From: an uncultured delta proteobacterium
GTDB lineage: Bacteria; Myxococcota_A; Polyangia; Polyangiales; B10-G4
Assembly (NCBI GenBank): GCA_963727445.1
Contig: CAVSGI010000010.1
Coordinates: 64,001 to 128,000 of the forward strand
Direction of reading: 5' to 3'
DNA: 64,000 nt
The notes under the pieces were generated by a model. That model did no database searches, was not told where the DNA came from, and was given only the letters and a program-made list of their open reading frames with translations. Position 1 is the first letter of the stretch. Every line of letters begins with the position of its first letter. Position numbers and translations under genes: made by a program. This document shows positions 50,200-61,199 of this stretch, piece after piece.

Positions 50200-51903
50200 T
50201 CAGGGGCTGGCGTCTGTGGTGCCGTAGCGTTCGATCTCTTCGGTGACCTCGGCCTCGCGCTGCATGTCCTCCATCGTGGGCATGTCGAGCGCCTGAAGCC
50301 GTTCGAGCTCCGCGCGCAGAGCATCGACGCGCGCCTGGATCTCGGTGACGAGCTCGGCCTCGCGCTGCATGTCCTCCATCGTGGGCATGTCGAGCGCGCG
50401 GATGCGTTCGAGGTCGGCGGCCAACTCCGCGAGGCTCGCTTCGCCCGCCTCCTCTTCTTCCTCCTCGGGCTCCGCCGCCCCGAGCTCACCGCCGGTGGCC
50501 ACGGGCGCCGCGACCTCGGCCGGCGCTTCGACCCCGAGGATCGCGCGCCCCAGACCGACGGAGATCTCGGGCACGTAGGTGATGAGCATCAAGCCGCCGA
50601 ACATCAGCACGATGAAGGGCGCGACGCTTCGGAAGACGTGGCCCACCGGGCGCTCGAAGAGGGCGCTCGCCACGAAGAGGTTCAGCCCCACCGGCGGCGT
50701 CAGGTACCCGATCTCGAGGTTCACGATGAAGATGATCCCGAAGTGCATCGGGTCGACGCCCATCGTCATCGCCATCGGCGCCAGGAGCGGGACGAAGATG
50801 AACATGGCGCTGAGGATGTCCATCATCGCGCCCACGACGAGGAGCATCAGGTTCAGCACCACCAGGAACTGCCAGGGCGCGAGGTGCATCGACTCGAGCC
50901 ACTCGGCCGCGGCAGCCGGGATCCCCTGCCCCTCGAGGAACTCCGCGAGGGCGAGGGCCGCGACCATGATCACCAGGAGCGAGCCGAGGAACAGGCCGGT
51001 GTCCTTGAAGATCCGCGGCACGTCCGAGAGGGTGAGCGCGCGGTGGATGTACACCTCCACCACCACCGCGTAGACGACGCTGATCGCCGAGGCTTCGATG
51101 GCGTTGTAGATGCCTCCGTAGATCCCGCCGAGGATGAGCACCGGGAAGAGCAGCGCCCAGAAGCCGTCCAGGGCCGCGCGGCGGAGCTCCCTCGCGTCGA
51201 AGGCCTGGCGCGGCGTCTTGTCCTTGATGCCGTGGAAGATGGAGAAGCCCGCGAGGATGGCGCCCATCACCAAGCCCGGGCCGAAGCCGGAGGCGAAGAG
51301 CTGCTCGACCTCCATGTTCGCGCCCTGGTTGACGATCGGATAGATGATCATCGGGATCGAGGGCGGGATCAGGATCCCCAGCGAGCCCGCCGAGGTGACG
51401 AGGCCGTGGCTGAAGCGCTCGGAGTAGTGATTGGCGATGAGGGTGGGGCCCATCATCGCGCCGATGGCCACCACGGTCGCCGGGCTCGAGCCGCTGATCG
51501 CGGCGAAGAGCATGCAGGCGATGACCGCGCTGATGGCCAGTCCGCCGGGCATCCACCCGATCAGCGCCTTGGCGAAGTCGACGAGGCGCCGGCTGATCGC
51601 GCCTTCGCTCATGATGGCGCCGCTCATGATGAAGAGCGGGATGGCCAAGAGCGGCGGGCTGTCGGCGAGAGAGCGGATGCGCTCGATCAGCACGGAGAAC
51701 TGAGTGATGTCCGTAAAGCCCGCGTAGAGGACCAGGCACAGCACGGTCGCCGCCCCGATCAGCACGAAGAGCGGCTCGCCGAGGAGCGCCATCGCCAGGA
51801 GCGCCGCCGCGAGGAGCCCACCCGAGCCCGAAAAGGGCAGGGCGGCGATCGCCAGAAGGACGACCAGCAGCACCGGATGCAGCTTTCGACCGGCGGCGGT
51901 CAT
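50200..51903 (-). CDS. dctM: TRAP transporter large permease DctM with a duplicated C-terminal extension
   Basis: LLAIPLFI, FAAISGSSPAT, GSLGILIPPSIPMI, GVDPMHFG, IGYLTPPVGLNLF. Confidence 0.93.
   Translation of the reverse strand: MTAAGRKLHPVLLVVLLAIAALPFSGSGGLLAAALLAMALLGEPLFVLIGAATVLCLVLYAGFTDITQFSVLIERIRSLADSPPLLAIPLFIMSGAIMSEGAISRRLVDFAKALIGWMPGGLAISAVIACMLFAAISGSSPATVVAIGAMMGPTLIANHYSERFSHGLVTSAGSLGILIPPSIPMIIYPIVNQGANMEVEQLFASGFGPGLVMGAILAGFSIFHGIKDKTPRQAFDARELRRAALDGFWALLFPVLILGGIYGGIYNAIEASAISVVYAVVVEVYIHRALTLSDVPRIFKDTGLFLGSLLVIMVAALALAEFLEGQGIPAAAAEWLESMHLAPWQFLVVLNLMLLVVGAMMDILSAMFIFVPLLAPMAMTMGVDPMHFGIIFIVNLEIGYLTPPVGLNLFVASALFERPVGHVFRSVAPFIVLMFGGLMLITYVPEISVGLGRAILGVEAPAEVAAPVATGGELGAAEPEEEEEEAGEASLAELAADLERIRALDMPTMEDMQREAELVTEIQARVDALRAELERLQALDMPTMEDMQREAEVTEEIERYGTTDASP
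50248..50397. repeat. Exact 45-bp direct repeat, period 105 bp, inside the dctM tail
   Basis: ctcggcctcgcgctgcatgtcctccatcgtgggcatgtcgagcgc at 50248-50292 and 50353-50397. Confidence 0.9.
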
Positions 51904-52934
51904 CTCTCCGCCTCCGGGTCCTTGTCCGTTCTGGCCTTCTCGGCCGCTTGCACGCTCTCGTCCTTCGGCGGCCGGCCGTAGCCGCCGCCCATCAGCGCGG
52001 AGACGCCGGCGGCGACGAAGCGGAGCATGGTGAGGGCGAAGGCGACGGGGACCGCGAGGGTGCTGATCCAGTCGGGGATGCGCATCTGCGCCGAGAGGCC
52101 TCCGATGGCGCGCATCCCCGTCTCCGGGTCGAAGACGTAGCGGTAGCCGAGCACCATCATGAAGGCGCAGAAGACGGCGGTGCCGAAGTGGCCGAGGGCG
52201 TGGACGTAGCGCGCCGCGCGCGCCGGCAGGATCCGGTCGAAAGCCTCCATCCGCAGGTGGCGGCCCTCGTGGGCGCAGACGCTGGCGCCCAGAAAGCCGA
52301 TCCACAGAAGCAGCATCAAGCTCAGCTCCTGCGACCAGGTGTAGCCCTGTGGGAAGTACGTCAGCGCGAGCCAGACGAAGAGCGGCGTCACCACCAGGCC
52401 GACGATCGCGATCTCGGTCTGCCAGCCGGCGGCCTTCTTTCGCATCTTCGGCAGGCCCCAGAACCCCACGCCGATGCCATAGACAAGGATGTAGACGTAC
52501 TTCGACGGCACCGTGAGCATCAGCCAACAGAAGAGGGCGATGACCCCGGTGGTGACGACGGTGAGGGTGAGCTTGCCCCCGTGCTTCGGCAGGAGCTTCC
52601 GCTTCGCGTGTCGCTCCGCCGTCCAGAAGGCGAACCAGGTGAGCAGGACGCCGATCGCCGCGCCGAGGATCGGCGCCAGGGTGTGATCGACGAGGGCGCG
52701 CGTCGCCTCGCTCTCGATGCCGAAGATGCGGGCGAGGACCGCGCCAACCTTGCTGTCCTGCGAGTCGAGGCGGCGGTAGACGACGTCCAGGAAGACCATC
52801 ACCGCCATGGCGATCAGCGAGGTGACGACGATCGCCTCCTCCGCCTTGAAGACCAGATCGTCGAGTCGGCGCAGTGGCCCGAAGGGTCCCGCAGGGCGGT
52901 CCTGTCCACGCGCCTCGCCGGCCCCCGTCCCCAT
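51900..52934 (-). CDS. dctQ: TRAP transporter small permease DctQ, enlarged by extra TM segments
   Basis: FLDVVYR...WSQELS..LLLWIGFLGAS...GRHLRME; ATGA overlap with dctM. Confidence 0.85.
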   Translation of the reverse strand: MGTGAGEARGQDRPAGPFGPLRRLDDLVFKAEEAIVVTSLIAMAVMVFLDVVYRRLDSQDSKVGAVLARIFGIESEATRALVDHTLAPILGAAIGVLLTWFAFWTAERHAKRKLLPKHGGKLTLTVVTTGVIALFCWLMLTVPSKYVYILVYGIGVGFWGLPKMRKKAAGWQTEIAIVGLVVTPLFVWLALTYFPQGYTWSQELSLMLLLWIGFLGASVCAHEGRHLRMEAFDRILPARAARYVHALGHFGTAVFCAFMMVLGYRYVFDPETGMRAIGGLSAQMRIPDWISTLAVPVAFALTMLRFVAAGVSALMGGGYGRPPKDESVQAAEKARTDKDPEAER

Positions 52935-52992
52935 ACCGGCCGGGAACCTATTTCCATCGGCCTTTCGGGGTCAAGCGCAGTACATAGGAGGG

Positions 52993-54177
52993 GTGACGGG
53001 CTCTCCGCGGCAGATTCTCCACGTCGACATGGACGCCTTCTACGCGTCCGTGGAGCAGCGCGACAATCCGTCCCTGCGCGGCAAGCCGGTCATCGTCGGC
53101 GGTCCCTCGAAGCGCGGCGTGGTCTCGGCGGCGAGCTACGAGGTCCGGCCCTTCGGCGTCCGCTCCGCGATGCCCATGGCCGAGGCCCTCAGGCGCTGCC
53201 CGGAGGCGATCGTCATCCGTGGGGACATGGGTCGCTACGCCGAGGTCTCGGCCCGGGTCTTCGAGATCTTCCGGCGATACTCGCCGCTGGTGCAGGGCAT
53301 GAGCCTCGACGAGGCCTTCATCGACGTCACCGCGAGCCAGGCGCTCTTCGGCGACGGGGCCACCATCGCCGCGCGGATCCGGGAGGACATCCGGCGCGAG
53401 GTGCACCTGACGGCGTCAGCCGGCGTCGCGCCGAGCAAGTTCGTCGCGAAGGTCGCGAGCGACCTCGACAAACCCGACGGGCTGGTGGTGGTGCGCGAGG
53501 GGGAGGTCGAAGCGTTCCTCGCGCCCTTGTCGATCGATCGCATGTGGGGGATCGGCCCGCGCGCCGCGGCGCAGCTCCGCGAGCACGGCTACGAGACGAT
53601 GGGTGATCTCGCCCGCGCGCCCGAAGACCGTCTCACGCGCCTGCTCGGGAGCTGGGGCGAATCCGTGGCGCGTCTCGCCCGCGGGATCGACGAGCGCGAG
53701 GTCGTCATCGGTGAGCCCGCCAAGTCCATCGGCGCCGAAGAGACCTTCGCGCACGACCTCGAGACGCGCGCCGAGGTCGAGCGACACCTCCTCGCGCAGG
53801 CGCGTCGCGTCGCGCGCCGCCTGTTGAAGGCCGGGCTCTCCGGGAGCGTGGTGACCGTCAAGCTCAAGTACAAAGACTTCACGTTGCGCTCGCGGCAGAA
53901 GCACCTGCCCGAGCCCGTGGACGACACCGACTCGATCTACGAGGCCGCGACCAGTCTTCTCGGCCGTTTCCCCCGTGGGGTGAAGGGCGTCCGGCTCACC
54001 GGCGTCTCCGTTTCCCATCTCGAAGCGGGGCCTCCGCCGCCCGTGCTCTTTCCCGACGAGCGAAAGGCGCGGCGGACCAAGGTCGAGCGGGCCGTCGCCG
54101 AGCTCGAGTCCCGCTTCGGCGTGGGGGGCATCACCCGCGCAGCGCTCCTCGAGGACGACTCCGCGCGCGACGAATGA
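52993..54177 (+). CDS. dinB: DNA polymerase IV
   Basis: ILHVDMDAFYASVEQ, SAASYE, SLDEAFID, KVASDLDKPDG, KSIGAEETF. Confidence 0.96.
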   Translation: MTGSPRQILHVDMDAFYASVEQRDNPSLRGKPVIVGGPSKRGVVSAASYEVRPFGVRSAMPMAEALRRCPEAIVIRGDMGRYAEVSARVFEIFRRYSPLVQGMSLDEAFIDVTASQALFGDGATIAARIREDIRREVHLTASAGVAPSKFVAKVASDLDKPDGLVVVREGEVEAFLAPLSIDRMWGIGPRAAAQLREHGYETMGDLARAPEDRLTRLLGSWGESVARLARGIDEREVVIGEPAKSIGAEETFAHDLETRAEVERHLLAQARRVARRLLKAGLSGSVVTVKLKYKDFTLRSRQKHLPEPVDDTDSIYEAATSLLGRFPRGVKGVRLTGVSVSHLEAGPPPPVLFPDERKARRTKVERAVAELESRFGVGGITRAALLEDDSARDE

Positions 54178-54268
54178 GGCGCGCACATTCTTCACACAGT
54201 CGGTTGGACACGACGCGGGATTTGCGTGACAGAGGCGGCCGGGCCAGAAGATTGCAGGGCTATTGGTG

Positions 54269-54284
54269 TGGCATGGGTGCTGCT
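54269..54284 (+). promoter_or_regulatory. Sigma54 -24/-12 promoter
   Basis: TGGCATGGGTGCTGCT (GG-N10-GC), then GGAGG and ATG at 54312. Confidence 0.6.
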
Positions 54285-54311
54285 GTGATGCCCTGCCCTG
54301 GGAGGACTTCC

Positions 54312-55304
54312 ATGGCCCGTGTTTTGACCCTGAGCACCCTCACCTTCGTCATCGCCGTTGCCACCGTTGGCTGCGGCGACTCGACCGTCACTGACACCGG
54401 TGTCGCGACAGACTCTTCCGTAGACACCAGCGTGGGCATGGACGCCACGCCCGATGGGATGGCGGACGCCACGCCCGATGGGATGACGGATGGGGCGATG
54501 GACGCCACGCCCGATGGGATGACGGATGGGGCGATGGATGCGACGCCCGATGGGATGACGGATGGGGCGATGGATGCCACGCCCGATGGGATGACGGATG
54601 CCATGGCCGACGGGGCGATGGACGCGACGCCCGATGGGATGGCCGACGGGGCGATGGACGCGACGCCGGACGGGATGGCCGACGCGTCGATGGACGCCAC
54701 TGCGGACGCCGTCGCAGACGCGATGCCGGACGCCATCGCGGATGGGGCGGTGGACACCGCGGTCTGTCCCTCGGGCTGCGACTGCGACATCGACTGCACC
54801 GGTCGCACGACGTGCCTCTGCGCCACGGGATGTCCGTGCAACATGCGCTGCACCGGCGGAACCACCTGCATCGGGACCTGCAGCGGCGCCGGCACTTCCT
54901 GCTACTACAACGGCACGGGCCGCTCGATGTTGGACCTCGCCTGCACCAGCTCGGCCACGTGCACCTTCGATGCGGCCGGCACCTCCGACGCCACCGTGGA
55001 CTGCAGCTCGATGGCGGATTGCTCGGTCGACGCCACCGGCTCGTCGGGGATCATGCTTGCATGTGACTCGGGCGCGGACTGCACCATCGACGCCACCGGC
55101 TCGTCGGACGTCATGATGAGCTGCAACGCCACCACCTGCGACCTCACCTGCGACGACGCCTCCTCGTGCGTCCTCGACTGCATGCCGAGCGCCACTTGCT
55201 ACCTGAGCTGCGGCGGCACCTCGACCTCCTGCGGCTTCGGAACCTGCGCCGCCCCGACCACCTGCAGCGCTACGCTGACGGTGTGCAACGGGACCTGCCC
55301 GTAG
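54312..55304 (+). CDS. Lipoprotein with Met/Asp tandem-repeat stalk and Cys-ladder C-terminal domain
   Basis: Lipobox TVGC, MDATPDGMTDGA repeats, CTxDATGxS repeats. Confidence 0.85.
   Translation: MARVLTLSTLTFVIAVATVGCGDSTVTDTGVATDSSVDTSVGMDATPDGMADATPDGMTDGAMDATPDGMTDGAMDATPDGMTDGAMDATPDGMTDAMADGAMDATPDGMADGAMDATPDGMADASMDATADAVADAMPDAIADGAVDTAVCPSGCDCDIDCTGRTTCLCATGCPCNMRCTGGTTCIGTCSGAGTSCYYNGTGRSMLDLACTSSATCTFDAAGTSDATVDCSSMADCSVDATGSSGIMLACDSGADCTIDATGSSDVMMSCNATTCDLTCDDASSCVLDCMPSATCYLSCGGTSTSCGFGTCAAPTTCSATLTVCNGTCP
54438..54700. repeat. Coding tandem repeat, 36-bp unit, about 7 imperfect copies
   Basis: atggacgccacgcccgatgggatgacggatggggcg and variants. Confidence 0.9.
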
Positions 55305-55330
55305 CGGGCATATCCACGACGGCGAGCCCG

Positions 55331-55894
55331 TCACGGGCGAGCGCACGTGCAGACCTTCTCGAACGCATCGAGGAGGTCAGACTGGCCGAGCGCTTCTTCG
55401 AGCTGGCCGAGGAGGTCTCGGACCTCTGCTTCATCGACGCGTTCGCTCGCGAGGAGCGCACGCACGTCGTCGATGTCCTTGCCTCGACCCGCCAGCACCT
55501 TCATCACCACGAGATGTGTGGGATGCGCGACCGGCACGCGGACGCCTTCGACCTCCACCCGCTCCGCGTGGTCCAGCGCCAACCGCTCGAGGCCAGCACC
55601 TGCGACGACGAGATCGACCTCCATCCCCGACGGATGCGAGAGGGGCAGCACGGCAGCGCTGGCGAGGAGCTCGTCGGCGGATTCCGGAAATCGGTGCGTG
55701 AGCCCGCTCTCGGCGAGGCGCTCGACCAACGCCGGGAGGTCTTGCTTCGGGACGGCGACGGTTACGTCCACGTCCTGGGTTGCGCGGGGCGCACCCCAGA
55801 TGGCCACCGCCTGCGCACCGAAGACGTACCACTCGATCCCCGCGCCATCGAGAACCGACGCGAGGGCCGAGAGCGTCTCACCCAGCGCCGACAT
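55331..55894 (-). CDS. Nucleotidyltransferase toxin, MenT1-like
   Basis: WYVFGAQAV, PRATQDVDV, VDLV, HLVVMKVLAGRGKDIDD: DNA-polymerase-beta-superfamily toxin motifs. Confidence 0.75.
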   Translation of the reverse strand: MSALGETLSALASVLDGAGIEWYVFGAQAVAIWGAPRATQDVDVTVAVPKQDLPALVERLAESGLTHRFPESADELLASAAVLPLSHPSGMEVDLVVAGAGLERLALDHAERVEVEGVRVPVAHPTHLVVMKVLAGRGKDIDDVRALLASERVDEAEVRDLLGQLEEALGQSDLLDAFEKVCTCARP

Positions 55895-56126
55895 CGGATG
55901 CTCGATCCAAGAGAGCGCGAAGGCGAAGGTGCATTCGCAGGTCTTCCCTCCGTTGCTCGTCGCTGGGCCACCCCGGGTTCGTGCGCCGATGGGCCTCGTA
56001 GAGATCGACCGCCAATCTCACCTTCTCCGCAACGGGCGCCTGGGCCCGGGCCTTCAGCGACAGGCGTGATGGCGCTCCCCAGTCTCGTTCGGCGTACTCG
56101 CGCAACGCCTCCGGATCGAGAGACAT
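55878..56126 (-). CDS. Small putative antitoxin, MenA1-like
   Basis: About 82 aa, overlaps the toxin start, helical AEKVRLAVDLYE segment; TATCAT 7 nt upstream of the ATG at 56126. Confidence 0.55.
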   Translation of the reverse strand: MSLDPEALREYAERDWGAPSRLSLKARAQAPVAEKVRLAVDLYEAHRRTNPGWPSDEQRREDLRMHLRLRALLDRASDVGAG

Positions 56127-56198
56127 CGAAGACATGATAACACGGGGGCAACGCTCACCGGCCTTCGGCTGAGCGCAGGGCGCGCCGTCCTCCCCAGG

Positions 56199-57500
56199 CT
56201 ACCGCCGCGTGAAGCGGAGCACGTGCCGGTAGATGTTCGTCGGGTTCACCTGGCCCATGTTCCAGTCGTAGTCGGGGCCGTCGGGATCGGAGCTGTAGTT
56301 GTAGAGGATGATCTCTTCGGCGGTCTCGCCCTCGAGCCAGCCGGCGAAGCAGGTGTCGCCGCGCGACGGGAGGTCGAGGATGTAGGCGATGCGGCTCTCG
56401 CCCTGGACCCAGCGCCAGAGCGAGCAGCGCTTGGGCGCGGTGATGTACTCGTACTGGTTTTCGAAGGTCATCGCGAGGTGGTCGCCGGCGGTGCTCATCA
56501 CGTCGTAGTTGCCGGACTCGGTCACGTTGCGGCGGCCCACGAGATAGGCCTCGCCGTCGTGCCAGAACATCAGGGGCGAGTCGTACTTCTTCGGGTCGCC
56601 CACACAGCTCCAGTCCGTGATGTCGCTGGCGGGCGCCGTGCAGACCTTGCTGCCCCAGCCGAGGTCGTCCCCCGCTTCGTTTCGGATGACCCCGTAGAGG
56701 GTGCCGTCGTCGGCCAGAGCGAAGTCGGTCTCGCTGCCGCCGCCCATGGAGATGACGGGACGCGAGGGGTTCAGCGGGGTCCAGGTGATGCCGTCCGCGG
56801 TGGTGCGGAGCTCGATGGTGAGCGGCTCGCCGTCGGTGTAGATGTTTTCCCCGCCCGCATAGACGAGCATGTACGGCGTCCCGCGCTCCATCTTGGTGCG
56901 CCACGCGATGAAGCTGCCGGTGCCGATGTCGCCCAGGGGCGCGAGATCCGACCACGTCCCGTCCGCGGCGCGCATCGTGTACGAGACGCCCTGGGGCTCG
57001 AAGGCGGTGGGCGAGTCGCCGAGATTGGCCATGTAGAGGAAGAGCTGGTCACCGAGCGAGAGAAAGCGTGGCTCGCGGAGGTCGTGACCGACCGCGAAGC
57101 TCGTCTCGAAGTCCCAGGTGCGCTCGTCGTCGGTGGAGATGACGTACATCTCGACGTCGGGGGACGCGAAGTGGGTCGGGGCGGTGCGGAACGCGAGATA
57201 GATCCGGCCGTCGCTGTGGCGCACGACGTCGAGGTTGTTTCTGGCGTCTTGGAGCATGACCTCGGGCGGCAGCCCGTCGCCCGGGATCACCTGCCGGGTG
57301 TCGACGATCTCCACGTCGTGCAGGCCCGGCTCCGAGGGCGGTGGAGGCGGTGGGGGCGGCGGCACGTAGGGGCCGGTGTCCACCGCGGAGTCGACCGGCC
57401 CGTCGGGGGCCGCGTCCAGGGCCGCGTCCGTCGCGCTCCCATCGTCCCCGCAAGCCACGAGGAAGAGCACACAAGAGCCCAGCACCGCGAGTCGTCCCAC
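56199..57500 (-). CDS. Lipoprotein with sialidase/BNR-like beta-propeller
   Basis: Lipobox LVAC, Asp-box-like STDDERTW, ADGTW, TADGITW. Confidence 0.7.
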   Translation of the reverse strand: MGRLAVLGSCVLFLVACGDDGSATDAALDAAPDGPVDSAVDTGPYVPPPPPPPPPSEPGLHDVEIVDTRQVIPGDGLPPEVMLQDARNNLDVVRHSDGRIYLAFRTAPTHFASPDVEMYVISTDDERTWDFETSFAVGHDLREPRFLSLGDQLFLYMANLGDSPTAFEPQGVSYTMRAADGTWSDLAPLGDIGTGSFIAWRTKMERGTPYMLVYAGGENIYTDGEPLTIELRTTADGITWTPLNPSRPVISMGGGSETDFALADDGTLYGVIRNEAGDDLGWGSKVCTAPASDITDWSCVGDPKKYDSPLMFWHDGEAYLVGRRNVTESGNYDVMSTAGDHLAMTFENQYEYITAPKRCSLWRWVQGESRIAYILDLPSRGDTCFAGWLEGETAEEIILYNYSSDPDGPDYDWNMGQVNPTNIYRHVLRFTRR

Positions 57501-57549
57501 CCGCCGAAGATGGGAGCTTCCTCCGGGAGGCGCAAACGCCCGCCCCGGC

Positions 57550-58212
57550 TCAGCGCTCGACCAGCACCTCTGTGAGGGGCTTCTTGCCCAGATTCGGCAC
57601 CCGGCACGCGTCGGATGGGTAGCCCACCGGCATCAAGAGGTAGGGGCGCTCGTTGTCCGGGCGGCCGAGGATCTCCCCCAGGAAGCGCATCGGGCTCGGC
57701 GTGTGGGTCAGCGTCGCGAGGCCCGCGTGGTGCAGCGCCGTGATCAACATCCCGCTGGCGATCCCCACGGACTCGTTCACGTAATAGTTCCGCTCATGGG
57801 GCTCGCGGCCGTGCTTGTGGGCGAAGACGACGATCAGTGCCGGGGCCTCCTCGAGGAAGGGCTTGTGCTCGTCGGTGCCGATGGCTGCGAGGTCGCGCAG
57901 CCACTGCGCCGAGGCCCGTCCTCCATAGAAGGCGGCCTCCTCTTCTTCCGCGGCCACCCGAATGCGCTTCTTGAGGTCGGGATCGGTGACCAGCACGAAG
58001 GTCCAGGGCTGCTTGTTGGCTCCGCTGGGGGCCTGGGCGGCGGCGGCGATGCATTGGCGGACGACCTCGAGGGGGATGGGCTCGGCGGAAAACTCCCGAA
58101 CCGAGCGCCTCGAGCTCAGCTCGTCCCGGATCTCCATGGCCCGGTCGAGCATCTCGCGCTCCCCGAGGCGGCGGAAGGTCAGGGGGGAGAAGCTCGGGAG
58201 GTTGTCGCTCAT
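57550..58212 (-). CDS. Nitroreductase-family flavoprotein, iodotyrosine deiodinase-like
   Basis: RRSVREFS, APSGANKQPW, AEEEEAAFY, HKPFLEEAP, ESVGIASG, LTHTPSPM. Confidence 0.85.
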   Translation of the reverse strand: MSDNLPSFSPLTFRRLGEREMLDRAMEIRDELSSRRSVREFSAEPIPLEVVRQCIAAAAQAPSGANKQPWTFVLVTDPDLKKRIRVAAEEEEAAFYGGRASAQWLRDLAAIGTDEHKPFLEEAPALIVVFAHKHGREPHERNYYVNESVGIASGMLITALHHAGLATLTHTPSPMRFLGEILGRPDNERPYLLMPVGYPSDACRVPNLGKKPLTEVLVER

Positions 58213-58380
58213 GCCTCCTTATATGCCAGGGCGCCGTTTTGGTGACGCAGCCGACCTCTCGAGGTGCCGAGATCGCGGCAAACCCTGCGCCGCGGACCTG
58301 AAGATCGGGTGATCATTCGGGATCGTGGGTGCACAGCCGCTTCCCCCCACCATCGTTTTTCGAATCGTCACGCGACCGCG

Positions 58381-58408
58381 TTGACAGCCGCCCTTGTTCG
58401 CTTAACCT
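58381..58408 (+). promoter_or_regulatory. Sigma70-type promoter of pyrG
   Basis: TTGACA-N16-TAACCT. Confidence 0.65.
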
Positions 58409-58488
58409 CCGCCCCGTGCCGTACGCGCCATCCCACTTCGAGTGGACCCTGCGCATCGACGGCCGACTTGTCTCCGGACGCAGGGTGA

Positions 58489-60186
<1,698 letters not shown>

Positions 60187-60262
60187 GCGTCTCGCCTGAC
60201 ATCCATGTCGCGATCGGCGCAAGATGGCGTCTTTTTCCTCAGTGTTTTCAGCGACCGAACGT

Positions 60263-60278
60263 GGGCACGGGGGATGCT
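60263..60278 (+). promoter_or_regulatory. Sigma54-like promoter
   Basis: GGGCACGGGGGATGCT (GG-N10-GC) upstream of the Cys-rich lipoprotein pair. Confidence 0.5.
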
Positions 60279-60359
60279 TGTCCATGGGGTTCGCGCTTGA
60301 TTCGCGCGCGCGCCCCTGAGGTACTAGGATGCCCCGGCCTGTTCTGGGGAGGATTTGGG

Positions 60360-61169
60360 ATGATGAGGATGCTTCGCTTTTCCATGATGCTTGCCGCTGC
60401 CGCGCTTCTCTTCGCTTGCGGAGACGACGGCCGGATGACTACGGACGGTGGCGCGGACACGTCGGTTCCCGTGGACACGGGGACGACGAGTGACACCGGC
60501 ACCACGGCCGACACCGGCACGATGGCCGACACCGGCACGACGACCGACAGCGGCATGGGCGGCACCTGCGGGGGCTCCGCGTGCGACCTCGTGACCGGCG
60601 GTGGCTGCGGCGCGGGACAGAGCTGTCAGTTTCTCGCACCGATGATGGGCGCCGATCCCGAGGCGATGTGCGTGCCCGCCGGCACCGCCGGCGACGGAAT
60701 GCCTTGCATGAATTACATGGACTGTCAGGAGGGCTTTGCGTGCATCACCGCCGACGGGGCGATGGAGGGCACCTGCCAGCACTACTGCTGCCCGGGCGGC
60801 ACCGGCGCGTCGGCCGCCTGTCCCACCGGCCAGACCTGCTCCACCACCTTCATGGGCACCGATGTGGGCTTCTGCTCCTTCGCGGATGACTGCGACCCGG
60901 TCGGGATGACCGGCTGCATGGGTACCGAGGCCTGCTACCCCGGCCCGGACGGCACCTTCCAGTGCGCGACCCCCGGCATGCTCACCGAGGGCGAGACCTG
61001 CGAGACCTTCGTCAACGAGTGCGCCGCCGGCCTCGCTTGCTTGATGGGTCAGTGTCGGAAGCTGTGCGACACCGACAGCGGCATGGGCTGCGGCGCGATG
61101 CAGATGTGCACCGTCGGCCTCTCGGGCTTCGATACCCTGGGGGCGTGTGATCCGGTCGCGACCCCGTAG
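60360..61169 (+). CDS. Cys/Met-rich lipoprotein
   Basis: Lipobox LFAC, DTG repeats, two CD.V...C...C modules. Confidence 0.85.
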   Translation: MMRMLRFSMMLAAAALLFACGDDGRMTTDGGADTSVPVDTGTTSDTGTTADTGTMADTGTTTDSGMGGTCGGSACDLVTGGGCGAGQSCQFLAPMMGADPEAMCVPAGTAGDGMPCMNYMDCQEGFACITADGAMEGTCQHYCCPGGTGASAACPTGQTCSTTFMGTDVGFCSFADDCDPVGMTGCMGTEACYPGPDGTFQCATPGMLTEGETCETFVNECAAGLACLMGQCRKLCDTDSGMGCGAMQMCTVGLSGFDTLGACDPVATP

Positions 61170-61199
61170 CTCGTCTCCCGGCTCCGCCGGGGATATGAT

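Noticed and set aside
50200..52527. DctQ-DctM fusion of 775 aa
   Set aside because: The N-terminal extension is an off-frame reading of dctQ; the two genes overlap at ATGA 51900-51903.
54438..54700. 36-bp periodic repeat as a CRISPR array
   Set aside because: Units are contiguous with no unique spacers, in frame within a lipoprotein, vary mainly at synonymous sites, and no cas genes are present.
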